IMG/VR virus record: IMGVR_UViG_3300034061_001913
Span: 10,217-74,216 of that record
DNA length: 64,000 bases
Source: a virus
Reading direction: 5' to 3' (one strand)
The notes under the pieces were generated by a model. It searched no databases, was not told the origin of the DNA, and saw nothing but the letters and a program-made list of their open reading frames with translations. The first letter of the stretch is position 1; each line of letters begins with the position of its first letter. A program made the translations under genes and the position numbers. This document shows, piece after piece, positions 38,656 to 49,700 of this stretch.

Positions 38656-41600
38656 TTAGGAAGGTTTTTTGCCTTTATTACAAGAGATTTTATCTTTATC
38701 TTCAATGTTGTTTAGGCTTTGACCTAAACTTGCGTCACTGAGTTTTAATTTACCTCGACTAGGTTGCTTACGTTCATCAGCTTTTTTTTCTTTGCCAGGT
38801 AAAGTAAGTTTTTGTTTAGGGCTAGCTGGTTGTTGACCAAGTTCTGATTCTGGAATAAACCAAACATCATCAAAGCTTTGTCCATAATCACCTTGGAAGT
38901 TTTCATCATACTCTTCACCAAAGTCTTCAAAAAACTCAAATTCATCTGTAGACACTTCAGATTGTAGAACATTGTTAACTTGGTCTAAACCAAAGTTTTT
39001 AATATACAGAGAAGAAACTTTTTTACGTTCTAACTGATCGTATTCGTTCTCTAGAAAACTAATAATGTACTCTTGAAACTTCTTGTCGTTATCTGTATTT
39101 TTTTCAGCATTAATGTATGGCAAGAAATTTTGAATTGCATTGTTAAAATAAGGAGCACTTATACTAGCTGAGATAATACTTTGGAGAGTGTTACGTTGAA
39201 GTTTGAATCCTTGGTGAGCCATAACTCCCATAGCCAACTCAAAGAAGAACTTGCGAACATCTTGAGTTATCTCTTCAGTATCTCCTTGGAAGTTATTTAT
39301 AAGACCAGTTAGTTCGTTGTTAAACGCATCTACCGCATCGTTAGAACCAGTTTGGATAAGAACAGGATAGTAGTAAGTTTTAACTCTTTTGTTCTTAGGA
39401 TTAGTTATGTCTACTTTTCTAAAGAATAGATATTTAGCAAAACTGATATTTTCCATTATCCAAGTATAGCTTTCCTCTTTAGATTCAGTCATTTTAATCC
39501 AACGATCCATCAAAGAGTTTGGATTATTCTTTTGTAGTAGGCTAATTGGCAATGCTTGTTCAACAGACAAGTCTCCTACTCCTCCATAATTCCAGAACAA
39601 AGATAATATAAAATCGTCGTTAAAGTTCCTAATATAACTTTCAGCTTTCTTACCTCTAACTAGGTATCTGTATTTAGTCGCTAGTAAAGCTTCCATGTGA
39701 GAAGCAACCACTTCTTTATACTTTGGATTACCGGTAATAGCTAACACGTTTTCTAATACGGTATTACCAAAGTTAGAAACGTTAAAAGGAGAAACTACAG
39801 ATTCTTTTACAATGTAATCTAGAGCCTTTTGGTTAAATATCTCATTAACAGGTTGATTTTCTATTGTCCCTTCTTTGATAAACTTATACTGGTTGTACAT
39901 TGCTTGTCCAGATTGGAATGTGGTTGTATTCAAATCTAGATTTTGGTTCAAGGTAACTACTGCAGAGTTTTGTTTTTCTACAACATAGTATTGAGCCAAA
40001 GTAACAAGTTGTTTTAATAAGAAGTCTTTATCCTCTGCTGTAAGTTCTCTCTTGGCAAGAGTTGTGCTAAATTTAGTTTCAGCTACGTTCTTAATTGACG
40101 GAGGCATTCTTGTGAAGGCAGTTTCAAAGTTAAGGTCAGAAAGTATTTTTGGCCCATGATTAGTAAGTATTTTAGATATAGTTGCTTTTAAGTCAAGAAC
40201 CGGTCTACCTTTTTCTGACTTCTTCATCACCTTTAACTTTGAGTCAACTCTTGCAATAGTCTTCTCTAAAAAGTCTACAAACATAGCATCTTTGCTACTT
40301 AATTTTCCTGACACAGCTTGTTTGAATTTACCTTGTTTAGATTCTCTAAAGAACTCATTCATAACAGGCTGAAGCAAAAGAACTACAGCAGATTCCATAC
40401 TAGAACCATTTAATGTAACCATTTGGTGATACAAAGCAGTTCTAACTTTATCCGCAAAAATGCGGTTAATCCAGTCTTCTTTCTCCGCATCCACACTACC
40501 ATTAATGAACTGACTACCAACATCGCTAATCAAAACATTATCTACTGTGTATCTATTACCCAAAGTAATAAAGTTATTCTCATCTCTTCTGGCCGGTAAG
40601 AAATAAAGGTTATAGAATGGGTCCACAAATCGTAATCCGCTTTGCTGGAATAGTTTGTGCATCGCATTAATCTTAGCAGAGATACCCAAAGGACTCTTAG
40701 CTCCAACTACTTCTCTTTGAATCCTGGTTGAAGTCATTGGCATAAATATCTCGGCTCCTCTAATCTTTTTAGAAATGTCTTCTACGTTAGTGTACCTTTT
40801 GCTAGAACCTTTTTGTTCTTCTACTCTATTATAAAAGTCTACAATAAAAGAGTGCAAGTAGTCATTGTTGTTAGGTGCAGTCAAAGACTTAAACATAATA
40901 GGCTGAGACATCATGTTAGAAACCGCTTTAACAAAGTTATTATGCGAAGTGGCTAACATTCCTTCCGGAACCTTTTTAAGATCTTTAATAAAGCCTACTA
41001 ACTCTTTGTAAGAAGCCTGAAGCTTTTCAAACTTAGCAAAGAATAATGTATCTAGGTCGCCTTCTTTTCTAGCTTCTGCTGCTGCTTTCTTAGCTTCAAT
41101 TATGTCTTGTTTAAATATTGCTATTCTTTCTTTTACTTCTTTGCCTTTTTGTGTAGTAGGTTTAAACTTTAAGTTATATAGCTTGTGAAGAATTGCTTTG
41201 TCTTTTGCATAGAGTGTGTTATAAAACTTGTATGAGTCAAAGTATGAGTTGTTACGCATCTCTACCTCTAACGCATCCATCTGTTCTACTACAACAGATA
41301 TAAGTTCCTGGTATCCTTCTAGTGCTTTAAGGTTTTTGTTGTACTCCTCTACAGAGTAAGGTATATCAAACAACTGTCCATCTTCATTATAAGAAGGTTC
41401 ATACATGAACAGTTTGTCAATATCAAAGTCAGATCCAGACTTAGTAACAATGTCTGGGTTAACTATAATAACTGGACCTGCAGAAGTAGGCAAGAATTCT
41501 CTAACTCTAAACATCTCAATAGAGTTGTGACCCTGTACAGGGATACGCACACCTACAATTGTGATTTTTTCTTTGTTAGCTTCTACCCACGCATCATCCA

Positions 41601-44600
41601 TTAACGCTTCATTCAAACGTTTGAGGTCAGCAATCTTTGCTCCTTTATAGTTTAGGTTAAGTAAGGCTGCATGTTTATTAGGATTAAAAGCAATCTTAAC
41701 ATCTGCAGGTTGAACTTTACCGTTTTCTATTCTGTAGTTTCTAAGGTTGTTAACTCCAAACTCTTCTAGTTGCTCAGGGGTTGGGTTTTTAAATCGGCCA
41801 CCCTTTTGGCTATAACCAGTAGAAGCTGTTTGGATATAAGGCTCTCCGTTTAATTTTGGTCTAATGAGTTTTTTGTTAAGAGCAGAAACAAAGATTCTTT
41901 CAGCTACGTTTCTGTAACTCAAACTATCCAAAGACAACGGATCTTCTTTCTCAGATTCTGTCTGCAGGAAAGAGAAGAAGTCTTCTCGTATATCTTGTTT
42001 CTCTGCTTCTTTCTGTAGCCATTTGTAGAATTTATTTTTGTCAACACCAACTACTTTTCCTTTGTCTAGAGTGATGCCCATTGCTTTGGCCATATCTAGT
42101 TGTTCTAGTTCTACTGTGTGACGAATAGAATCAACAAATGCTTTTCTAGCTTCTTCTACTATTGGAGCAAACTCTTCAGGATAATCTTCAGAAAATTCTC
42201 CATTCTCAAAGAAGTCACCAAACAACAGCTTAACAAGCTGAGTAGACAAAGTAGCTTCTTCTTTGAATTTAGGTGCTATGTACTGCTGCTCTCTTAATCC
42301 TTCTATAGAGTATGTACCTACGATGTTAGGGCTAATCTTGTTAACCTTCATGTCTTTGTCGTAAATTTCATACTCCGGATAAGGGAATGCCATCTTTTGT
42401 CCAGAACCAAAGGTGATAATATCTGTTCCAGATTCAAACATGCTTTCCATTACATCCGCTAAGTCAGTGCTTCCTAAACCTGCTCCGATAACAACAGAAG
42501 GCAACAAGGTATGCAAAGAGAACTTACCTAGTAGAGTGTCTTCTGGGTTATTTAGTTCTGCTCCATACAAACCAGTTTTTAAAGAAGGAATCAAACCTAT
42601 ACCAACACTATTAATAAGGTCTTCTAGGCGAGCTTGTTTTCCTTCTAATGTTTCTCCTAAATCTTCAAAACTTGTTATTCTTCCTGAAGCTTTTTTCTTT
42701 CCTCTGCTTTCTTTAATCTCTTTGTAGAGTCTGTAAATCTCAACCTCTTTCTTATAGGCCTCTTCTAGAGTAGGAGACCATCTGTCAATAGATTTTAGAT
42801 ATACTCTAACAAAGTCCAAGTTACCCCAAGCTTGTGCATCTGCTTCTTTCTTTTGGTTAGCATAATCCTGGTATCTAGCTTTAACTAAGTCTTTTAGTTT
42901 GTTAGATTTTGTGTTTGATAATTCTTTATACTCTTTAGAGTCTATGCCTTTAGTAGCTTCTACTTCTTTGAGAATTTGTATCTCAAAGTATTTCATAACA
43001 GACTCTTTGTTGTTTTGGTGAGGACCAAGATCTTTTGCAACAACAACTTTGATTTCTGAATTGTAAGCTCTTTCTGCTTGAGTTGATATTTGTTCAAGCT
43101 CTCTAGTTATTCCTAAAGTTTGTAGCTTATTAAAGAACTCTTGACTAACTAGAGGCTGTCTTCCTGGAGAAGAGGTAAAGCCCAAACGTTTAAACACTTC
43201 TTTGTAGCCTTTACCTTTAGTCTGATAGTTTCTTGGGTTGCCCACAAATAAGTGTACAATTTCTGTCTGGTGGACAAAGTAGTTTGTTAGGTAGAACTTT
43301 AGTTTGTCTTTAATCCATTGAGCATTTGTAATGTTTTCATTAGGCATCAACTTAGCAAAGGCTCTAACCATCTCTTTGTCTTGATTTTCTGGAGAGAGTG
43401 TGTTAAAGTTTTTAAGCAAAGAATACTTCAAAGCTTCGTAGTGTTTATCTATAGCATTGTTAAAGTAATCAGCTATTTCCTCTCTTACGGCTTTTCCGTA
43501 ATCTCTAAACCCTTTGCCTTCAATTGCATTTTGCTTTAGTTGGCTCTCAAGCTCAGGAGACAAGATACCATCAAAGATTACAAACTTTCTGTCTTCTTCT
43601 CTTCTTGCGTTTTTAATTTGATCCATCTCATACCGCAAGTAGCCAATCATAGCACTCATAAATTCTGGTGCATATTCTTCTGTAAAAGACTCTTCCGGAA
43701 AGAGAGTAATGTTTTTCTTGTTTCCTTTAAACTGAATTGAGTAAGCAGAAGACTTGGCTCCAAATCTTAGGTTCTCAACTAATCGTATTTTAAGGAAAGA
43801 AAAGAAGTCATAGGCCAATTTATCTTCTGGGGATAGGTCAACTGCTTTACTACCTCTAGTAGTATCTGAGTTCCCTTGAATAGACATACCTTGCCAACCT
43901 AATAGAGACAGTTCTTCTTTCTCGTTCTCTACACCTCTGTTACGTTTTTTACCGTTCTCTCCAAATAACTTCTTCATAAATACAGAAGAAGTGAAGAAAC
44001 CGTTAGTAACCATAGAACGAGTCTGTTCATTCTCTTGCAAGTCTTCTACGGTCTTTGCAGCATTGATACGGTTAATCTTATAAGACAACTCATTCCATTG
44101 ATGCATACCCCACTGAAGTTCTCCTTCAATGTTAATGTAAGATTGGTCTCCATAGAATTGTTTTAGGTCATCGTAAAGAGAAAGAATGTTATTGGCTGTA
44201 GATTTTATATTTTGTATTTTAAACTTATCTTCTTTCTGTACTAGGGAAGTGTTTATTCCCATGCTTTGAAACACAGAAAGTACTGCTTTGCTATAGTTAG
44301 TTGTTAGTCTACCTAAAGGACGAAGTATTCCCTCAACCTTATTTGCTGAATATAAAGTCTCTTGTGCTATAATTCTTGCAAAGGTTTGAATAGCCAACTC
44401 AGACAAATCAGCTTTTCTGCTTTTTAGTTTAGCAGTTTCAGCATAAGGAGTAAAGTCCATGTTAAACACATCGTTAAAGAAAGTGTATATAGTTTTACCG
44501 TCTACACTTAATACATCTGGATAAGAGTCAAAGAACTTGGTATAGTCTTGCACAATAGCTTTTGTGTTCAATATAATCTCTCCAGTTTTTGGATCTTCTA

Positions 44601-46728
44601 TCCTATACTTTCTGTTAGCGTCTACTGCAAACTGGTTGTCTAGTTGTTCTTTTACTTTAGCTCCTCCAGTAGTATTAAGCTCAAACAAGTCCATTTCATA
44701 AACGGTAACAGGGCCACCTTTACTTGCAACTGTTTTAGCTTTAACTCTTAGTCCCCAAGGAACAATTCTTGGAAGAGACATAGACTGTTTAAAGGCTTGG
44801 ATAAGTTGTAGGTCTTGGTCAGTAGTTGCTTTCTCAGTACTCTCTGGTAACTGTTTTAATAAGTAACTAAACTGAGGAAACTCTTTTGACAACTCTTTTA
44901 CCTTTTCTATCATTTCCTCATAGGAAACTTTTCCTGACAAGGCATTCAATAGAATGTTGTAGTTAGTGTTGTATTCTCCAGAAAGAGGAAGCATAAACTC
45001 GCTACCTCTAGCTAAAGCTGGAGTTCCATCTACAGACATATCAGGGTCTATTTTAGGCAGACCTTTAATGATAGAAATAATAATAGGAGATGCTACCTCT
45101 TTAGGGTTTATATCTGCTGCGGTTTTGTTTTCAAAATCTTTTGAAGAACGGCCTCTCTCGTTTTCATCTTCAGGAGTCATTGCAGACTCTACCATGTTTT
45201 CATAGTCGGCCAGTTCTTTATTTAGAAACTTACCATGCCATGATTTAATGTCATTCCACATATTGATGACATTAAAAAGATTCACTAGCTCGTTTCCAAC
45301 ACTATCAGGATCTTCTAGGTATAAAGCTTTTCTTTCCTCAAACAAAGCAGTTAGAGAATCTTTCATTCTATCATACACTTGTTTTTTGTACTCTCCTCGA
45401 TTAAGAGACAAGAGGTCAGAAACTTTTAAGCCTAAATCATTTAAAGCTTGGTAGAACATATAGTTCAAAGAACTTACTAGTTCTGCACCTTCAAGAGAGT
45501 CAAACTCTAACTTATCTATAACTGCTACTCTATAGTTGTTGTTGCCTAGGTTAACTAAACGAACTACAGTATCATCTAAAAGTTTATATACACCGTCTTT
45601 GTAGTTTTGGTCTAACTGTATTTCTCGAAGACCATTCTTAATTGCCAGATTAATACTGTCATCTAGTCTAAGTATCATATCTGTATAGAACTCTTCTGAG
45701 AAAGATTTAGACAAATTTAGACTTGCCCATTCATTATGTTCGAAGTTTTGTTGGGCGTTTATTTTACCGGTTTTAAGAACACTAAACCATTCTTCAACTA
45801 TACCCTTAGACTCTTGTGCTGTTTTTCCTTTAAAGATGTAGTTAAATAGATCAACAATCTTTTTGAATAGCTTTTCAAGAAACGTCCTTTGTGGAGTATA
45901 CTCGTCTTTAGCATTCAACATATACTCTCTAAACTCTTCTGCTAAAACTTCTTCTGCTTGCTTTCTAGTTAGTTGACGATATGGAATCTCAACCCCATTA
46001 AAGCTATAAGTTCCTACTCTGTTTCGAACCTCTGCATAGATAACGTTTCTTTGTGCTTGAGTTAAATAAGTCTGAGTAAAGTTGTGCCAGGCTTCATGAT
46101 ACAAATCAGTATAGTCGGAACCATTATATAGAATAGTAGCATTTGCAGTCCACTGAGCTAAAGAATTGTTATTAGCAATTCTTGTTGCTACAACAAGAGG
46201 AGTAGCTTTAGATAACTCATTAGTTCTGAACCACATTAAACCCCTAGCTTGTTGTGCTGCTGTGGGTTTCATACGTTTACGATACTCTCTTTCTTCTTTT
46301 ATGTTTCTTTTGTCTGAAGCGTTTAAATCGACTTTGATAGTCTGAAGACTTTCCATGTCCTTAAAAGCACTCTCCAAAAGATTCTCTACAGTCTTTTTGT
46401 TGTTTTGTTCCAAGAAAGACTGCATAACAGAAAACTGACTAGGCTTAGGTAGTTTGTTTTGTTTGGCTTCAGAAAACACTTTTTCAGAATAAGCCTTATA
46501 GTTGTCACCTAAAGCAACTGCTTTTAGCTGTAAAGCTTTAGCTCTACTTCCAGTATTATCATAAAGGTCTTCAAAGAAAAAATCTCTTTCCCCGGTAGGA
46601 GTTTTATCTAAGGAGTGTCCGTTATTGACATCCCAAAAATAATATGCAAGAGATTCACCTACTACATTTTCTAACTCAGAGAATTCTTTTTTGATTTGAG
46701 GATCACTGAGTAAAGGACATATCGACAT
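38656..46728 (-). CDS. crAss-like virion two-barrel RNA polymerase with an N-terminal zincin-like domain
   Basis: VRIPVQG...SGSDFDIDKLF (about 41413-41436), KR, DAQ and VDAEK motifs; HEAWH...EEVLAE near the N-terminus. Confidence 0.92.
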   Translation of the reverse strand: MSICPLLSDPQIKKEFSELENVVGESLAYYFWDVNNGHSLDKTPTGERDFFFEDLYDNTGSRAKALQLKAVALGDNYKAYSEKVFSEAKQNKLPKPSQFSVMQSFLEQNNKKTVENLLESAFKDMESLQTIKVDLNASDKRNIKEEREYRKRMKPTAAQQARGLMWFRTNELSKATPLVVATRIANNNSLAQWTANATILYNGSDYTDLYHEAWHNFTQTYLTQAQRNVIYAEVRNRVGTYSFNGVEIPYRQLTRKQAEEVLAEEFREYMLNAKDEYTPQRTFLEKLFKKIVDLFNYIFKGKTAQESKGIVEEWFSVLKTGKINAQQNFEHNEWASLNLSKSFSEEFYTDMILRLDDSINLAIKNGLREIQLDQNYKDGVYKLLDDTVVRLVNLGNNNYRVAVIDKLEFDSLEGAELVSSLNYMFYQALNDLGLKVSDLLSLNRGEYKKQVYDRMKDSLTALFEERKALYLEDPDSVGNELVNLFNVINMWNDIKSWHGKFLNKELADYENMVESAMTPEDENERGRSSKDFENKTAADINPKEVASPIIISIIKGLPKIDPDMSVDGTPALARGSEFMLPLSGEYNTNYNILLNALSGKVSYEEMIEKVKELSKEFPQFSYLLKQLPESTEKATTDQDLQLIQAFKQSMSLPRIVPWGLRVKAKTVASKGGPVTVYEMDLFELNTTGGAKVKEQLDNQFAVDANRKYRIEDPKTGEIILNTKAIVQDYTKFFDSYPDVLSVDGKTIYTFFNDVFNMDFTPYAETAKLKSRKADLSELAIQTFARIIAQETLYSANKVEGILRPLGRLTTNYSKAVLSVFQSMGINTSLVQKEDKFKIQNIKSTANNILSLYDDLKQFYGDQSYINIEGELQWGMHQWNELSYKINRINAAKTVEDLQENEQTRSMVTNGFFTSSVFMKKLFGENGKKRNRGVENEKEELSLLGWQGMSIQGNSDTTRGSKAVDLSPEDKLAYDFFSFLKIRLVENLRFGAKSSAYSIQFKGNKKNITLFPEESFTEEYAPEFMSAMIGYLRYEMDQIKNARREEDRKFVIFDGILSPELESQLKQNAIEGKGFRDYGKAVREEIADYFNNAIDKHYEALKYSLLKNFNTLSPENQDKEMVRAFAKLMPNENITNAQWIKDKLKFYLTNYFVHQTEIVHLFVGNPRNYQTKGKGYKEVFKRLGFTSSPGRQPLVSQEFFNKLQTLGITRELEQISTQAERAYNSEIKVVVAKDLGPHQNNKESVMKYFEIQILKEVEATKGIDSKEYKELSNTKSNKLKDLVKARYQDYANQKKEADAQAWGNLDFVRVYLKSIDRWSPTLEEAYKKEVEIYRLYKEIKESRGKKKASGRITSFEDLGETLEGKQARLEDLINSVGIGLIPSLKTGLYGAELNNPEDTLLGKFSLHTLLPSVVIGAGLGSTDLADVMESMFESGTDIITFGSGQKMAFPYPEYEIYDKDMKVNKISPNIVGTYSIEGLREQQYIAPKFKEEATLSTQLVKLLFGDFFENGEFSEDYPEEFAPIVEEARKAFVDSIRHTVELEQLDMAKAMGITLDKGKVVGVDKNKFYKWLQKEAEKQDIREDFFSFLQTESEKEDPLSLDSLSYRNVAERIFVSALNKKLIRPKLNGEPYIQTASTGYSQKGGRFKNPTPEQLEEFGVNNLRNYRIENGKVQPADVKIAFNPNKHAALLNLNYKGAKIADLKRLNEALMDDAWVEANKEKITIVGVRIPVQGHNSIEMFRVREFLPTSAGPVIIVNPDIVTKSGSDFDIDKLFMYEPSYNEDGQLFDIPYSVEEYNKNLKALEGYQELISVVVEQMDALEVEMRNNSYFDSYKFYNTLYAKDKAILHKLYNLKFKPTTQKGKEVKERIAIFKQDIIEAKKAAAEARKEGDLDTLFFAKFEKLQASYKELVGFIKDLKKVPEGMLATSHNNFVKAVSNMMSQPIMFKSLTAPNNNDYLHSFIVDFYNRVEEQKGSSKRYTNVEDISKKIRGAEIFMPMTSTRIQREVVGAKSPLGISAKINAMHKLFQQSGLRFVDPFYNLYFLPARRDENNFITLGNRYTVDNVLISDVGSQFINGSVDAEKEDWINRIFADKVRTALYHQMVTLNGSSMESAVVLLLQPVMNEFFRESKQGKFKQAVSGKLSSKDAMFVDFLEKTIARVDSKLKVMKKSEKGRPVLDLKATISKILTNHGPKILSDLNFETAFTRMPPSIKNVAETKFSTTLAKRELTAEDKDFLLKQLVTLAQYYVVEKQNSAVVTLNQNLDLNTTTFQSGQAMYNQYKFIKEGTIENQPVNEIFNQKALDYIVKESVVSPFNVSNFGNTVLENVLAITGNPKYKEVVASHMEALLATKYRYLVRGKKAESYIRNFNDDFILSLFWNYGGVGDLSVEQALPISLLQKNNPNSLMDRWIKMTESKEESYTWIMENISFAKYLFFRKVDITNPKNKRVKTYYYPVLIQTGSNDAVDAFNNELTGLINNFQGDTEEITQDVRKFFFELAMGVMAHQGFKLQRNTLQSIISASISAPYFNNAIQNFLPYINAEKNTDNDKKFQEYIISFLENEYDQLERKKVSSLYIKNFGLDQVNNVLQSEVSTDEFEFFEDFGEEYDENFQGDYGQSFDDVWFIPESELGQQPASPKQKLTLPGKEKKADERKQPSRGKLKLSDASLGQSLNNIEDKDKISCNKGKKPS

Positions 46729-46754
46729 ATTTATTAGTTATTTACTTTGTAAAG

Positions 46755-49700
46755 TTATATTGTATTTGACTTTTTTCGTATCCTGCTTTGATTATTTTTT
46801 GCGTTTTTCTCACAATTGTTTTTCTGCTTTTCAGCAGCTTCAATTTGCTGTACGGTAAGACTAGCAGCAAGTGGACTATAGTTTTCTTTTTCCTCTTGAC
46901 TTAGTTCAGGTTCGGCTTCTTGTGTAGGTGCAACTTCTAAAGCATTTAATTCTGTAAACAGCGCATTCACAAAGTCTTTTATACCTTTAGATTTAAGTTG
47001 ACTTGGTGCTCTATTGAACGAGTCTTTACCTTCATAAAGAGTGCTTATCATATCATATAAAGCAGATATAACACTTTCCTTAGCCTGCTCAAACGCTTGA
47101 GGAGTATTGCCAAACTGAGAAGCTAACAATTTTATTCCTGCTTCTACACTTGTATTTTTAAAAATACTCTCTTTATTGTTTTCTAGATATTCTTTTAATC
47201 CAAGATTAAACAGTACTTCTTTCTTATTATAAGTTTTTACTTGATCTGCTTTATTTAAGAAAGAAGGGAAGCTAGTAGTCACTTCAACTTTAGTATCTGT
47301 TTCTTTAGTTATTGTACCTAGTTCGTATTTTAATCCTACTAATGAACCAGAAGTAGAAGCAGCTTTTTGTTCAACAGGTTCACTTTTTTTACCAGCTAAC
47401 TCTTGTTCAATCAAATAGCTAATTCCTGCAAAAAACCTAATATCACTTCCTGGGTCTGTAAGATACTTACTTAATCCTGTAAAAGAACCGCCATCAGGAT
47501 AGATAGTTGTTGTTTCTCCATTTTCAAAGGTAACATCAAATGTGTGTTGAGGTTTTGCATCTTTTAGTCCTTCTCTTGTAACAATTTGTGTTTCTTCAAC
47601 ATTGATCTTTATTTCTTTTATTCCTCCAAGTGTATCAATTACTTTTTTTGCAAACTCTTTTCTTTTGCTTTCTTCAATTCTTGTAGGATTAAAGTCTGTT
47701 ACAATAGTTTCAGCAGGTTTAGCTTCTACAGGAACTATGTCATAAACATATAGCTTTCCTTTTCCATTAACCCAGTCTTTAGTTTGTTTGTACATAAAAT
47801 CATTTTCAGACTTTACACCCTCAGACTTAATTATTGCATCTTTACCACCAGCTTCTTCAATTGTAAGGGCCCCTCTATTTGTTACCTTAAAATCTTGACC
47901 GTCAAAATTTACAATAGCAGATTGACCTACAGGTATATTAATTTGTTTAGCTTGAGCAGCACTTCTTACAGTAGTTGTTTTTACTCCCGCTTTTATTTTT
48001 TTAATGTTGTCTGGTTGCATTTGTATTTCAACCTTACTTTCTGTAGCGGGGGCAACAGTTTCTAGAGCAGCTAGTTCTGCATCATACTTAGCATTAATTT
48101 CTTCTGTAGAAGGTAGTAATTCTTTCCAATTAGGTAATAAATCATTCAGCTCTTCTATTGAGTAAGCACCTCTTCTTATTAATGTGTCTAATGTTTGGTA
48201 ATTAGCCCCTTCTCTATCATCATTATTATATGCTTTTTCAACTATCTCTCTTGTTACATATCTTTGAATGTCTCCTCTAACTTTAGCTCTATTATCTCTA
48301 AGTATTGGTATAGAATATACTTCATTTTTAACTGTAGAACCATTATTGTTTTTTAATTCCTCTTGTCTTCTTTCTTCAATAGCAGCTTTAGCATCTGTAG
48401 AAACAGGAGCAGGAGCTTCTTCTGCAGGTTGAAGAGTGACTACTTGTTTTGTGCGAAGTTTTGGTTTTGCGTTTTCTTGCAAAGAAGGAATAACAAGAGT
48501 TTTATCTACCGGTATTGGAAGTGCAGGTTGTCCATTTTCTGTAAGAATGGTTGCTGAAGTAACATTAAAGGTTTCTTCATCCTTAAAGGACAACTTTATG
48601 TACATTATATTCAAACCAGGAGTAATACCATACTGTCTAGCAAACATTACACCATAGGAGTTCTGTTGGCTTATGTGTTCTGATTTAGGATTCTCTGCCA
48701 TACTAACATAACCATTGGCTTCACTGCTATAACCTAGTATATTTTCTTTAACCTTCTTATACCACTTAGATGTTTTAAAGTCAACTATATCCACTTCTCC
48801 GGTTTCTTTGTTGATGAGAAGCATATCTATTGCACCAGCAATTTTAGCATCTTCATCCCAAAGAATAATTTCATCAGTGTTTATAATGTAGTTGTCTTTT
48901 AACGCATTGTAAATAACAGTAGCTTGGTTTGTTATAAACTTAAAAGCAGCTGCAGATAATAAATCTGGTTTAGTTGGAGTCCTACCTGCAAAAACATCTC
49001 TAAGAATTGTGTCTATAGCTCTACCAACTGTAGTTGCTCTCTTTGTAGCAAAAGACTCTTTGTCTCCTCCAAAGTCTATCTCAGAAGAAACTCTTTCGTA
49101 ACGGTTTCCGTCAATTAAATAATAAGAAACTTCTTTACCGTTTTCGTCTACCTCTTCAACTAGTTCTGCTCTTTTTTTGTTTTTAGCTATCTTGTCTAGC
49201 AACTCTTGGTTTCCTGGAGCTTGTCTCTTACTATCAAGAATAGCAAGAGCTTCGTCGGTTTGGTCCTCAGTCAATTGCTCTTCTGCATCTTTTAGACTTA
49301 GTTTACCTGCAGGACCTTTCTTTTTAGCTGGTGTTTGTTGAGGTCCTGTTTTAGCTTTTGGTTGAGGAGCAGCTTTTGTCTTAGAAATAGAAACCCCCAT
49401 ATCAAATATGATTCTTTGGTTTCTTCTTACACCCGGAGTGTTTCCTGTCATGTAAACTTTGTTGGTTGATTTAACAAAGTCTACATAAGTTTGGTCTTTA
49501 ACCTTTACTACTTCACCTTCTTGCATAGAGAATCTAGGGACCATAGAGTTTACTTCTCCTTTAGATACGTTATAATACAACTCTTTAAATAACTTGGTGA
49601 GTTGTTCTTGGTTAAGTTGTGAGCCACTAACTCCAGGAATAAAAGGAACAAGTTCTTGAGTTTCTTGGTCAAAAGCAAAAACTACTTTTCTTCCTTGCTT

